A DNA stretch of 64,000 bases from Macrostomum lignano (Eukaryota): assembly GCA_002269645.1 (NCBI GenBank), contig NIVC01002811.1, positions 62,001-126,000 of the forward strand, written 5' to 3'. This document shows positions 44,011 through 57,800 of this stretch, piece after piece. The notes beneath the pieces were generated by a model. The model was given only the letters and a program-made list of their open reading frames with translations, did not search any database and had not been told where the DNA came from. Position numbers and translations under genes: made by a program. Every line of letters begins with the position of its first letter. Position 1 is the first letter of the stretch.

Positions 44011-44614
44011 TTCCCCCTTATTAAATATCCATCCCTTCTCAAATATTCTGCTAGAACCCGCTCCTCTTCAAGCCCCCCTTCGTAGAATCCGCACCTCTAT
44101 CCGTCCCTCTCCATCTATCTCTGCTCGCCTTCCTTTTTAACTTCCGCATCAGGTGAGAACCCCCGCTATAGCGCCACCCAAACGGCTGGAATTTACGGTT
44201 TGCCCTCATACTCTCGTATACTTATCCCAGCTAGCAGTCATTTGAAGCCATGTTTAGCCAGCCGGAGATGGAAAATGAAATTACCGGTCATGCAGCAAGC
44301 GAAATCGCAACATCTCAAGGCTCCGTCTCCTTTTCCCAAAGTAAATAATAGTACTCCTTGCTGTACAAAAGTACAGTTGCGGTGCTGCACCATGCGGCTT
44401 CTATGTAAATAATTGACTGAGTTCTAAACATGCCACCCCCCCTGCCAGCGGTATTGTCTTGTGCAGCAGTAATTACCCTGTCTGAGTGTTGAGAAATTGC
44501 TTCAGTTGTAAATTTGTCTGCCTCAGTTGTAGTCGGGTTAGACTTATATTGGCTTTCCTTCGTTGGGCTCTGCGACAGACTTCAGCATAATGGACACTTT
44601 ACAGTCTGGCAAAG

Positions 44615-45185
44615 GATCCGCCCCTTCCCAATCCTCTATACTCTCAGGATCCGCCCCGTCTCGATTCTCTCTCCTCTCAGGATCCGCCCCGTCTCGATTC
44701 TCTCTCCTCTCAGGATCCGCCCCTTCCCGATTCTCTCTCCTCTCAGGATCCGCCCCGTCTCGATTCTCTCTCCTCTCAGGATCCGCCCCTTCCCGATTCT
44801 CTCTCCTCTCAGGATCCGCCCCTTCCCGATTCTCTCTCCTCTCAGGATCCACCCCGTCTCGATTCTCTCTCCTCTCAGGATCCACCCCGTCCCGATTCTC
44901 TTTCCTCTCAGGATCCGCCCCGTCTCGATTCTCTTTCCTTTCAGGATCCGCCCCTTCCCGATTCTCTCTCCTCTCAGGATCCGCCCCGTCTCGATTCTCT
45001 TTCCTCTCAGGATCCGCCCCGTCTCGATTCTCTCTCCTCTCAGGATCCGCCCCTTCTCGATTCTCTTTCCTCTCAGGATCCGCCCCGTCTCGATTCTCTT
45101 TCCTCTCAGGATCCGCCCCGTCTCGATTCTCTCTCCTCTCAGGATCCCCCCTTCTCGATTCTCTCTCCTGTCGGAATCCGCCCTT
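44615..45185. repeat. 33-bp minisatellite (CAGGATCCGCCCCGTCTCGATTCTCTCTCCTCT)
   Basis: About 17 copies; shares the core CTCAGGATCCGCCCC with the 31-bp array. Confidence 0.95.
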
Positions 45186-45847
45186 TTCTACTCCCTCATA
45201 ACTTCCTTTTCGTCCCTTGAAGTCATCTCTCTGAAATCGATCAGCCTTTTCCGCCAAGTTCCGCTCCTGTCTGACCAACCCTGAATAATTCAAAGCAACC
45301 AAACTTTCCGCTTCCCAGCTTTGTGTCTTTGGAGCAAACAACTTTGACTAGGAAAAGCTGCTGCTGATAATTGGGAAAAGTGATTTTCTTAGCAGTTAAT
45401 GTTCATCTGTAAAAAAACAGAAGTTGCCAAACAAATCGTAGTTTATAAGCGTGTTTGAACTCGCTGGTCTCATCCTGACGATGAAAGTCCGCAGGAAGAA
45501 CAGTTTTTTATCCAATTTCAGCTTGAACGGTTCTTTATCAGCAGCTAATTGCCGTTCACTGTTTTTGCTGCTTCCTTCTGACTGTCTTGGTTGCCAGGGA
45601 CTTCCAGCTGAGTGTTTGCCGAGCCCTTGAACTCTGAAAATTCTATTGCAGAAGATTTTCTACTGCTGAATGGACTGAAAGTAAACAACGGAAGCCGCCC
45701 TAGGAAAAGTTTAATTGAGCTGTCATTGTAGTTCTACTAATAATTTTGCATTCTGTATAACTTCGATTTAGGAGTCGAATTAACACCATTAATTGATAAT
45801 TTAGCACTAATTAGAGGGTGAATTAATTGATAAATATATAAACACAG

Positions 45848-46435
45848 AATGGATTGCTAATCTATAGCCATCACGGATGAAGGAATAGAATGGATTGCTA
45901 ATCTATAGCCATCACGGATGAAGGAATAGGATGGATTGCTAATCAATAGCCATCACGGATGAAGGAATAGAATGGATTGCTAATCTATAGCCCCATCACG
46001 GATGAAGGAATAGAATGGATTGCTAATCTATAGCCATCGGGATGAAGGAATAGAATGGATTGCTAATCTATAGCCATCAGGGATGAAGGAATAGACTGGA
46101 TTGCTAATCTATAGCCATCGCGGATGAAGGAATAGAACGGATTGCTAATCTATAGCCATCACTGATGAAGGAATAGAATGGATTGCTAATCTATAGCCAT
46201 CGCGGATGAAGGAATAGAATGGATTGCTAATCTATAGCCATCACTGATGAAGGAATAGAATGGATTGCTAATCTATAGCCATCACTGATGAAGGAATAGA
46301 ATGGATTGCTAATCTATAGCCATCAGGGATGAAGGAATAGAATGGATTGCTAATCTATAGCCATCAGGGATGAAGGAATAGAATGGATTGCTAATCTATA
46401 GCCATCAGGGATGAAGGAATAGACTGGATTAATAA
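45848..46435. repeat. 41-43-bp minisatellite, copy 1
   Basis: Units of GAATGGATTGCTAATCTATAGCCATCACGGATGAAGGAATA; about 14 copies. Confidence 0.95.
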
Positions 46436-46853
46436 TCTCGGCCATAAGCAATGCAGTTCTAACTGAAAAATGTACTTTCAGTCAGCAGCTTTTGCTGCTG
46501 GTCCACTTACATAGATAAAATTGGCATTGCTGCGGCCCTGACTGCGTTCAGGTGATTTTCCTGCCTGCAGTCAGGGGACTTGAGTTTCCATTGTTCTGCT
46601 GCTCAAAACTGATGCGGACTCCGCATCCCCCGCCTTTGTCTTGCTACAGCAGTATTCAGGCGCGGGCACCCAACTCATGCTCACAGGCCTTCTGTGGCCT
46701 ACGTCTGATTCAACAATAAACCGCTTTAAATAAACTATGAAGGAATGAAATAGCATTACCTGAAATTACTACCTTCTGGTTGTCTGCTAGAGTTGCTTAA
46801 ACAAAAAATACTTTCAATATAGTTACACCATAGTTGTGTCAATAAAAGATGGT

Positions 46854-47301
<448 letters not shown>

Positions 47302-47477
47302 CGTTTGAAAAAACCTCTCACGCAGTGGCAGCTCTAACCAAGGTAACTGAGAAATAAATAAGATAGTCACAAAGGTCAAAAAATATAAGAATAATGGTAA
47401 GCCGATATTTCGGCCGTGAAATGGCCTTCGTCAGGGTTTTACAATAGTATAATTGTGCTATAAAATGGAACGAAGTT

Positions 47478-47838
47478 ATGGATGGATGGATGGATGGATG
47501 GATGGATGGATGGATGGATGGATGGATGGATGGATGGATGAATGGATGGATGGATGGATGGATGGATGGATGGATGAATGGATGGATGAATGGATGGATG
47601 GATGGATGAATGGATGGATGGATGGATGGATGGATGGATGAATGGATGGATGGATGGATGGATGGATGGATGGATGGATGGATGGATGGATGGATGAATG
47701 GATGGATGGATGGATGAATGGATGGATGGATGGATGGATGAATGGATGAATGGATGGATGGATGGATGGATGGATGGATGGATGGATGGATGGATGGATG
47801 GATGGATGGATGAATGGATGGATGGATGGATGGATGGA
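47478..47838. repeat. (GGAT)n microsatellite with occasional GAAT units
   Basis: Direct inspection. Confidence 0.98.
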
Positions 47839-48111
47839 ATGAGCTCCCAATTGGAAAGCTAGATTCTTAAAGTGCAGCGCAGACAAGGATCTGTGCTTGA
47901 TCGTTGTGCAAATTCCAAGCTTACAGAGTAGACCCTGCTTAACCCCCTCCTCGCCACCCCTGGGTTTGAGAATGATTTCCGACCTGTTTTCGGCCCCAAA
48001 TCCTGTCGTTAAAAAAATATTTACGTTTTTTGCTCTCCAGTCTTAGCAGTCTGTTGGGTTCCGTATTATCTCCCGACGGGATTATGAATGTCGTTGTTTT
48101 CCCGTTTATTG

Positions 48112-48148
<37 letters not shown>

Positions 48149-48364
48149 CCACTCTTGGGTTAGCAGCTATTTATATTCGTTTCACACAAAGGCAATCAAG
48201 AGAAATAATATATGTGCTTGTACTTTTATAGGCTCCCAAGGGTCAGTAGTGCTGCGATATACACTCAGTGTCGCATTTACTGGTTCAGAAAGCTAAGGCT
48301 GCTCATTGATCTGCCGGCTGCTTTTATCACCCTTGCTGTATAGCAAGACGCTGGTGTGTCGCAA

Positions 48365-49445
48365 ATATGCCAGCATAGAGTACAGTTGTGTTCATGTTCT
48401 GTGTCAATAAGCCTGCATAGAGTACAGTTGTGTGCATGTTTTGTGTCAATATGTCTGCATAGAGTACAGTTGTGTTTATGTTCTGTGTTAATATGCCTGC
48501 ATAGAGTACAGTTGTGTGCATATTCTGTGTCAATATGCCTGCATAGAGTACAGTTGTGTGCATGTTCTGTGTCAATATGCCTGCATAGAGTACAGTTGTG
48601 TTCATGTTCTGTGTCAATATGCCTGCATAGAGTACAGTTGTGTTCATGTTCTGTGTCAATATGCCTGCATAGAGTACAGTTGTGTGCATGTTCTGTGTCA
48701 ATATGCCTGCATAGAGTACAGTTGTGTTCATGTTCTGTGTCAATATGCCTGCATAGAGTACAGTTGTGTTCATGTTCTGTGTCAATATGCCTGCATAGAG
48801 TACAGTTGTGTTCATGTTCTGTGTCAATATGCCTGCATAGAGTACAGTTGTGTGCATGTTCTGTGTCAATATGCCTGCATAGAGTACAGTTGTGTTCATG
48901 TTCTGTGTCAATATGTCTGCATAGAGTACAGTTGTGTGCATATTCTGTGTCAATATGCCTGCATAGAGTACAGTTGTGTGCATGTTCTGTGTCAAAATGT
49001 CTGCATAGAGTACAGTTGTGTGCATGTTCTGTGTCAATATGCCTGCATAGAGTACAGTTGTGTGCATGTTTTGTGTCAATATGTCTGCATAGAGTACAGT
49101 TGTGTTTATGTTCTGTGTCAATATGTCTGCATAGAGTACAGTTGTGTGCATGTTTTGTGTCAATATGTCTGCATAGAGTACAGTTGTGTTTATGTTCTGT
49201 GTCAATATGTCTGCATAGAGTACAGTTGTGTGCATGTTCTGTGTCAATATGCCTGCATAGAGTACAGTTGTGTGCATGTTTTGTGTCAATATGTCTGCAT
49301 AGAGTACAGTTGTGTTTATGTTCTGTGTTAATATGTCTGCATAGAGTACAGTTGTGTGCATATTCTGTGTCAATATGCCTGCATAGAGTACAGTTGTGTT
49401 CATGTTCTGTGTCAAAATGTCTGCATAGAGTACAGTTGTGTGCAA
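48365..49445. repeat. 42-bp minisatellite
   Basis: Units of GCATAGAGTACAGTTGTGTGCATGTTCTGTGTCAATATGCCT; about 25 copies. Confidence 0.95.
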
Positions 49446-49779
49446 TGTTCTTCCATTGCGAGTGTGTATTGCAATACTCAGTACATGTCCCATGAAAACT
49501 ACACCCACTGTATCTTTGTTACTATGCAAATCCAATGGCGCAAGATTCTTGGCCACCATTGTAAAGCTCTTTTTATTGCAGTTGCTAGCTGAGATTTTAA
49601 ATATAAAAGAGCAACTTTATTGGTTGCCTCTAACGGTTTGGCTTGACTTTTGCGGTGCTCACCTGAGCTGATCAACGAGTGTAAATAGTTATACCTTATA
49701 TTCCTTGACTCTGCTAGCAAAATCTCCGTTGTGTCTTGCATTGCAGCACTGGTAACAATAATAAGAATAGTGAGAATAA

Positions 49780-50058
49780 TTGATTACACCTGCCATAATG
49801 GGCAGATGTGCAACCGACAGCTCAGCCGCAGCTATTGCGCGGCGCATCTGAAGGCTGCGTACGGCTGTTCAGTCCAAGGACTGGGGGGTCGCCACACACA
49901 CTCTCAATTACCCCAGCTAATGCTGACACCCCCCTGGGTGAACTGAAGCAAAGCAGAGTTACGTGTCTTGCTCAAGGAAACAAAATTATTCTGAGTGGGT
50001 CGAGAATCGAACCCCCGACCTTTCAGTCGTGAGTCCGATGCTCTGACCACTAGCCCCC
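49780..50058 (-). mobile_element. tRNA-derived CORE-like SINE, family A
   Basis: The reverse complement has a tRNA-like head (B-box GGTTCGATTCTC), CCTTGAGCAAGACAC, TTCAGTTCACCCAG and the same 3' block as 42250-42330. Confidence 0.8.
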
Positions 50059-50747
50059 CCCCTCTTTAGCACACAGACTAACCCTTATATTTCAGGCTCA
50101 TGCAATATCATATTACCATATCTCACAGAAAACAACTTCCAGTCTCACTCATGGACAGCCTCAATGTGCGCTCAATTTTCTTGGTTTCGCTAGAGACAAA
50201 GCATACTAGTTGTCCATGGTCTTGCACCCACGGTGGTTGCTTCTAACTGATAGACAAACAGCTTGTTTAGGTACGTACTAACCGCGACCATCTCTGCTTA
50301 ACTTCATATATATATATAGTTCTAGCAAAGAATGCTACAGAAAATTGGGCCGGTTGCATAGCAGCCACTGTAACTGCAGCAACTTCCGCATGGCACTTCG
50401 AAGTACCAAATGCGTTATCCTCCCCAGATTAAACTATACGAGCCAATTTACTTGTTGTCCATTAATCGGAGCAATTCAGCTTAATCCCCAGCCATAAGTG
50501 ACTCTGCTGTTCCCTGATATTAATCCGAATATTCGCCAGCTGCGCAGCTGCCAAACACCGACTGAATGCAGACCGTAAAACAACGCATATTTTTATACAG
50601 AATAAAGTTTCCCAGTGCATCTGCCCTCCCTAACATCTAAATTATTGCTAAGCACATTTAGACCGGGTACAGCGACTGTCCTTTCCATTCTAGAAATATT
50701 TAATAAGCGTTGCTGTGGTCTATAGACATCATGAACCAACGTGGAAT

Positions 50748-51372
50748 AGGGAATAGAATGGATTGCTAATCTATAGCCCCATCACGGATGAAGGAATAGA
50801 ATGGATTGCTAATCTATAGCCCCATCACTGATGAAGGAATAGAATGGGTTGCTAATCTATAGCCCCATCACGGATGAAGGAATAGAATGGATTGCTAATC
50901 TATAGCCCCATCACGGATGAAGGAATAGAATGGATTGCTAATTTTTAGCCCCATCACGGATGAAGGAATAGAATGGATTGCTAATCTATAGCTCCATCAG
51001 GGATGAAGGAATAGAATGGATTGCTAATCTATAGCCCCATCACGGATGAAGGAATAGAATGGATTGCTAATCTATAGCCATCACGGATGAAGGAATAGAA
51101 TGGATTGCTAATCTATAGCCCTATCACGGATGAAGGAATAGAATTGATTGCTAATCTATAGCCCCATCACGGATGAAGGAATAGAATGGATTGCTAATCT
51201 ATAGCTCCATCAGGGATGAAGGAATAGAATGGATTGCTAATCTATAGCCATCACTGATGAAGGAATAGAATGGATTGCTAATCTATAGCCCCATCACTGA
51301 TGAAGGAACATAATGGATTGCTAATCTATAGCCCCATCACGGATGAAGGAATAGAATGGATTGCTAATCTAT
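50748..51372. repeat. 41-43-bp minisatellite, copy 2 (same family as 45848-46435)
   Basis: Units of GAATGGATTGCTAATCTATAGCCCCATCACGGATGAAGGAATA, same orientation as copy 1. Confidence 0.95.
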
Positions 51373-52504
51373 CTCACAAGCGAAGGAAATTGAATCGATA
51401 TTAACCCAGCCCATGAATACGAATACATTATGGATTCATATGCGCAGGTTTATAAAGCCTAAATTTAAGTCTCTGCCCATATCTGGACTCGGTGAACTGG
51501 CTTCACAAAAGTGTGAATGTGAAATCACAAAAGTGCGCAGGGGATGCACGCAAGTGGGGGTTCAGACGCAATTCCGATAGGACCGGCTAATTCCACTTTC
51601 CAATCGGTGGGTTGAGGAATTATCAAGGCACATCGGGTCCGATAGGAAGTCCCCGAGCCCGCGCAGCAATCAAGATTCTTGCGCCAAGAAAGCGACTTTA
51701 ATTTTGAATAAATTCTGCTAATGACTTGGCAACCAAGGACCCTAGGAACACTTCGTTACAGAAGTCCTAGCCTAGTCCTTACTAGTGTAGTAGTCCTTGT
51801 TGGCAACTAAGAGACATTCAAGTACCTCGTCAAATGTCAGCTGTCACTATCACTTTAATTTAGTTTTTCCTTTCCGCAGAATCCGACAACAACCGCAAAC
51901 ATTTTCTAAGAAGTCCCGCTGTGGCTGCTGTTGCGTGTACTTTATGTAAAGCTTATGTGCATCTGCTGTATGCTAATCCAAATATTGCAGCTGAGGCTGG
52001 GCAGAGTTCGTTTTCCTTGTCCTCGGCTGGCCTTAGCTAGGCCCAGTCTGCGTAAATGACAATAATTATCTTGCCTAACTGCATGGGGACGGAGCCAGTG
52101 CCGCGATAATTATGAGACTGCTCAGACAGTGCTGTGATCAGCTGTTTATTTAGAGTTGATTGGAACGGCCTCTCAGCCATAGATCAGGTGTTCCGGAAAC
52201 TAGAGATCTGTATCGATCGAAAGGAGATGATCCATAAAGCGACTTAGCCTTAGGTATAACCCATACCCTAACCGTAAGGTCACCGGAGCCCTAAACCGTG
52301 TCCTAAGCAGCCCCAGAAGCCTTTCTGCTAGCAATCTCTTGATCTAATACGCATAATTTTGCGTCAAATATTTTGCAATTTTCGGATAATTATCTTCCAA
52401 TGCGAATGATTACAATAAAATGGATACTTGAGCTGAACTCCAAGGTAAAGTGGAGCGGTAAAAGTTTAAATTCTTGACGGGGAGTCAGTTTTTAAGAGAT
52501 TTAA

Positions 52505-53232
52505 TAAGACACGAGAAATTTGCGTCAGACATGGAAAGAACTTTGCGTCAGACACGGAAAGAACTTTGCGTCAGACACGAGAACTTTGCGTCAGACACGA
52601 GAATTTTGTGTCAGACACGAGAACTTTGCGTCAGACACGAGAACTTTGCGTCAGACACGAGAACTTTGCGTCAGACACGGAAAGAACTTTGCGTCACACA
52701 AGAACTTTGTGTCAGACACGGAAAGAACTTTGCGTCAGACACGGAAAGAACTTTGCGTCAGACACGAGAACTTTGCGTCAGACACGAGAACTTTGCGTCA
52801 GACACGAGAACTTTGCGTCAGACACGAGAACTTTGCGTCAGACACGAGAACTTTGCGTCAGACACGAGAACTTTGCGTCAAAGACGAAAACTTTGCGTCA
52901 GACACGAGAACTTTGCGTCAAAGACGAAAACTTTGCGTCAGACACGAGAAATTTGCGTCAAAGACGAAAACTTTGCGTCAGACACGAGAACTTTGCGTCA
53001 GACACGAGAATTTTGCGTCAGACACGAGAACTTTGCGTCAGACACGAGAACTTTGCGTCAGACACGAGAACTTTGCGTCAGACACGAGAACTTTGCGTCA
53101 GACACGAGAACTTTGCGTCAAAGACGAAAACTTTGCGTCAGACACGAGAAATTTGCGTCAAAGACGAAAACTTTGCGTCAGACACGAGAACTTTGCGTCA
53201 GACACAAGAACTTTGCGTCAGACACGGAAAGA
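52505..53232. repeat. 20-bp minisatellite (GTCAGACACGAGAACTTTGC) with 24-bp variants
   Basis: About 35 copies. Confidence 0.95.
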
Positions 53233-53774
53233 ACTGGCGCAAACACACAAGATTTGATTCCATATTGCACCCCGCGCAGCTGGACATCTCTACTCACAGG
53301 CTAGGTGCAAATGAGGCAGGTACGATCGATTGTGAGTCACTAATTCTGATATATTTTTATTTCATATTTTCAACGTGTCGCTGTTGGGTCATAAAAATCT
53401 TTTGCACATTGATAATGAAGAAATTCCAAATTTACTACCCAAACAAGTCGTTCAACACGGCGACCTCACTCAGGTATAATAATAATTATCACCTTTATAG
53501 CTTCTAATCGAGTGCTAATTAACATGAAATCTTGAGCCGCTTCAGTCAATCTGTTTATCACTTGCCTGAGATCGATAGTTATCCCTGTGCAGTAGGGTCT
53601 GCAATCTGCATGCCTATCTATCAATAATAATCGCATATAGATAAAACATTTTTAAGCAGATGTTTCTTGGAATCCAGTCCAAGGTTTGAGTTCGATTTTT
53701 ATTTTAGGAAATTATAAGTTCTTTATATTTGCTTTGTAGGACTTTTGATTCACTTTCAGGGTTGTAGGTTCCTG

Positions 53775-54017
53775 CTGTTCTGATGAGCTTCCGGTAGATT
53801 TGATGAGCTTCCGGTTGATTTTATGAGCTTCCGGTTGAGCCGATGAGCTTCCGGTTGATTTTATGAGCTTCCGGTTGATTTGATGAGCTTCCGGTTGATT
53901 TGATGAGCTTCCGGTTGATTTTATGAGCATCCGGTTGATTTTATGAGCTTCCAGTTGATTTTATGAGCTTCCAGTTGATTTTATGAGCTTCCGGTTGAGC
54001 CGATGAGCTTCCAGTTG
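53775..54017. repeat. 20-bp minisatellite (GATGAGCTTCCGGTTGATTT)
   Basis: About 12 copies. Confidence 0.9.
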
Positions 54018-54811
54018 GGCCCAATTCGTGGTAATTTTTCGTTCCTGCTGATTTAAATTCAACTTGCAGCTTTCTTCCAACTTCTCATATCGTTAATCCA
54101 ACAGTATTATGGAATATTATTCAGTAAACCTGTTCAGTGCAAGCTTCTTATTTTATTGTACAATCAGTCGGGCACAGATGATCAAAAGAATGAAATGAAA
54201 TTATGCCCCCACCTCCTGGTCTCAATAACTATCCAAGTGAAGCCGGATCCGTTGGCATATTAATTTCCTGAGCTCCACTGCTTCAAATTCCTATTTAATA
54301 TATCTGCCTTTTATAATTGCCTTTCATCCATTTCGCCCGCAACCCCCCCTTGACTTGCCGCCGCCTCTCCGCTCCACAGGTTCGGTTCGATAACTTGTTT
54401 TATTCATCTGGATTGATCCGGTTTCTCTCGCTCGATTCTGTCGCTCCCCTTGACTTCCCCCCTCTCCAATCCTTAGGGAAAAACGTTTCCCACTGAACAG
54501 CCAGCTATAAGCCACCCCACGCCCACCACCTCAGTGCTGAGCAGCTCGCCTATTGGTCTGAGAGACTGGTCCACCTCTCTCCCCCCTGCTCAACTTCAAG
54601 CACTATCCGTCAGCTTTCCAATAGCACCCGCCGCCAGTTGGCACACTTATGGCTTCTATATAATACGTAGCCGCGATAGGGGCTCAGCCCCCCTCCCCCG
54701 TGTGCCTATATATTGACCCTTTCTCCAACCCTTCCCCTCGCTGCTTAACAACTTACCGAGTATCAATACATTTTTTCAGCCAATTATTGGCATATCGAAT
54801 CCGTCGTTGCT

Positions 54812-57800
54812 ATGGCAACCGACATCAGCCGATTTGTGGTAGAAGGAGTGCCGACCGGGTCAGCCGCGGCAAACTTGGAGCCGGCCAAGGAGACCAGGAT
54901 TTCGTTGTCGCCCGTCCCGGACAAGACCTGCGGTGAGTTGTGTTGCTGTCAGTGTACACTGCCGGGTGGCCTTCTCTCCGCTCCCCCACGCCTGCCCTCC
55001 CCCAAGGGATTTTCCCTATGCTCTTGGGAGAACAGATATAACTTCCCCAGTGGAAGTGCTGAGCTTGGGAAACGCTAAAAATTCCTCCCACACAATGACA
55101 GTAAAGCAGAATGAGGTTCAGAAACAAGTCAACCCTAAAAACGTTAAAAAACTATGTACACATGCACTTATAGGCATACAAACAAAGCATGCTTGCATGC
55201 GATTTATGAACTCCGAATAGATAAGCACAGATCGGTCGATTTTTTTTTTCAGACTCGATCGAGAAATTGCCCGGGAAAAATTTTCTCTCGCGTCAGTCAG
55301 TCAGTCAGTCACTCACTCACTCAAGTCAGTCAGTCAGTCAGTCAGTCAGTCAGTCAGTCACTCACTCAAGTCAGTCAGTCAGTCAGTCAGTCACTCACTC
55401 ACTCAAGTCAGTCAGTCAGTCAGTCAGTCAGTCACTCACTCACTCACTCAAGTCAGTCAGTCAGTCAGTCAGTCAGTCAGTCAGTCAGTCAGTCAGTCAG
55501 TCAGTCAGTCAGTCAGTCAGTCAGTCAGTCAGTCAGTCAGTCAGTCAGTCAGTCAGTCAGTCAGTCACCCAATCACTCAAGTCAGTCAGTCAGTCAGTCA
55601 GTCAGTCAGTCAGTCAGTCAGTCAGTCAGTCAGTCAGTCAGTCAGTCAGTCAGTCAGTCAGTCAGTCAGTCAGTCAGTCAGTCAGTCAGTCAGTCAGTCA
55701 GTCAGTCAGTCAGTCAGTCAGTCAGTCAGTCAGTCAGTCAGTCAGTCAGTCAGTCATTCAGTCAGTCAGTCAGTCAGTCAGTCAGTCAGTCAGTCAGTCA
55801 GTCAGTCAGTCAGTCAGTCAGTCAGTCACTCACTCACTCACTCAAGTCAGTCAGTCAGTCAGTCAGTCAGTCAGTCAGTCAGTCAGTCAGTCAGTCAGTC
55901 AGTCAGTCAGTCAGTCAGTCAGTCAGTCAGTCAGTCAGTCAGTCAGTCAGTCAGTCAGTCAGTCAGTCAGTCACCCAATCACTCAAGTCAGTCAGTCAGT
56001 CAGTCAGTCAGTCAGTCAGTCAGTCAGTCAGTCAGTCAGTCAGTCAGTCAGTCAGTCAGTCAGTCAGTCAGTCAGTCAGTCAGTCAGTCAGTCAGTCAGT
56101 CAGTCAGTCAGTCAGTCAGTCAGTCAGTCAGTCAGTCAGTCAGTCAGTCAGTTATTTAATTACGTAATCAACTATAGAAGGATCAGTAACTGGATGATCC
56201 GCTAACGGCCTCCATCTCATCAACTAATTCCATCCCATGGCAATCTGGACCTCAGCAATCATGGTGGACGCTAGTATTGCTCAGTTCACATTGCTCAAAA
56301 AAGATGATCCCACAGCGCCCGGGCGATAGGCTGGGAGACGAGCTGTAATGCTCCGCTCGACCCACCCAATTCCGGCTGGAACCAGTCCTCTCCACTGCCT
56401 CCCTCCGCAGTCGGTCAGTGAAAAATTCATGTGACACGTGAAGGTGAAATGTTTTCAGATCTCTCTTTCTGTGTCGGGCGGCGCCAAGCAGCTGACAGTA
56501 ACTCTCAACTGATCATCGCTTGCTGACTCCGGGAGGCGGAGTGCGTGATGTGGGGATCATTCTCACGAGCCCTTTCGTCCAGATCCGGGGATTTCTGCAG
56601 GCCCCCCAAATCCGGTTTCGGGAATCGCCGGATCCCCTGCTGTCATCTTCCAGAAATTCTGGGGAATAAGTTTTAGCTTTCTTCTTCTTGCTTGCCTCTC
56701 CTCTTTTGCATCAATATCCCTTTTTCTGCTCTCGCTGTTCTCGCTGCCGGAGGCTGTATGAGGAGCTTCATCTGTCAGCGCCGCTGCGAGAGAGAGGGAC
56801 AGCGAGAGAATAAATCATATCGACAGGCGTCCATGTCTAATTTCTCATTCCCTGTGTCCCATTCTGTGTGCCAAGCCTCCAAGAGACAGCATCTGAGGAA
56901 AAATTTGGGGCTCCGATCTGACTGACTACTGACTCACTCTGGCTCTCAGTCACTCTGGCTCTCAGTCACTCTGGCTCTCAGTCACTCTGGCTCTCAGTCA
57001 CTCTGGCTCTCAGTCACTCTGGCTCTCAGTCACTCTGGCTCTCAGTCACTCTGGCTCTCAGTCACTCTGGCTCTCAGTCACTCTGGCTCTCAGTCACTCT
57101 GGCTCTCAGTCACTCTGGCTCTCAGTCACTCTGGCTCTCAGTCACTCTGGCTCTCAGTCACTCTGGCTCTCAGTCACTCTGGCTCTCAGTCACTCTGGCT
57201 CTCAGTCACTCTGGCTCTCAGTCACTCTGGCTCTCAGTCACTCTGGCTCTCAGAGTCTAAGGTTCGTGCAGCCAAACCAATTCCTTTGATGAGGGCTGAC
57301 ACTTCGCCCGTCTATTTGGTTACACGGCCGAGTCGAACCCCAGCTCCCCTTGCAGCGGTTTATTTTCTCCGGTTGCTGAGCACCTCCTCCAGGACGCCCG
57401 TCGTCTGTGGCGGTTGAGGCAGAAGATTCGCGACCGAAAACGGGCGGGGCTGTCCGAGGGCCCTCCCCAGTAATTGAACTACAGCCGGCCAAGATTCGGA
57501 CTCATACCGCCCAAGTTTGAGCAAAGCCAAGCCTTGGCAGCTCAAATTTAGCCGCGAATTGAGAGCTTCAGGCAGACCAGCCCCCCCCCCCCTAATTGCA
57601 TCAGTGGCGACCGAGCAGCCCCACCTCAAGCCCCTCGTTTAGTGGGAGCTAATTCCCCGCGCTGATGAAGCGGCGCAGCTTTCCGGGATGCTGTGGGGTG
57701 CGTGTTTTTACCGAGCCGCCGCTTGAAATCCGGACCAAACTGGCCGCCCAAGTTTCATCCGGCAGCCGCTTTCCAAGCCTCTTCTTCTTCTTTTTCTGCT

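Noticed and set aside
53240-53319. Short open frame ending at a phase-1 donor (GAGGCAG|GTACGA) as a third KCC first exon
   Set aside because: There is no unique in-frame ATG or clear acceptor, because the frame runs back into the 20-bp satellite; unsupported without RNA data.
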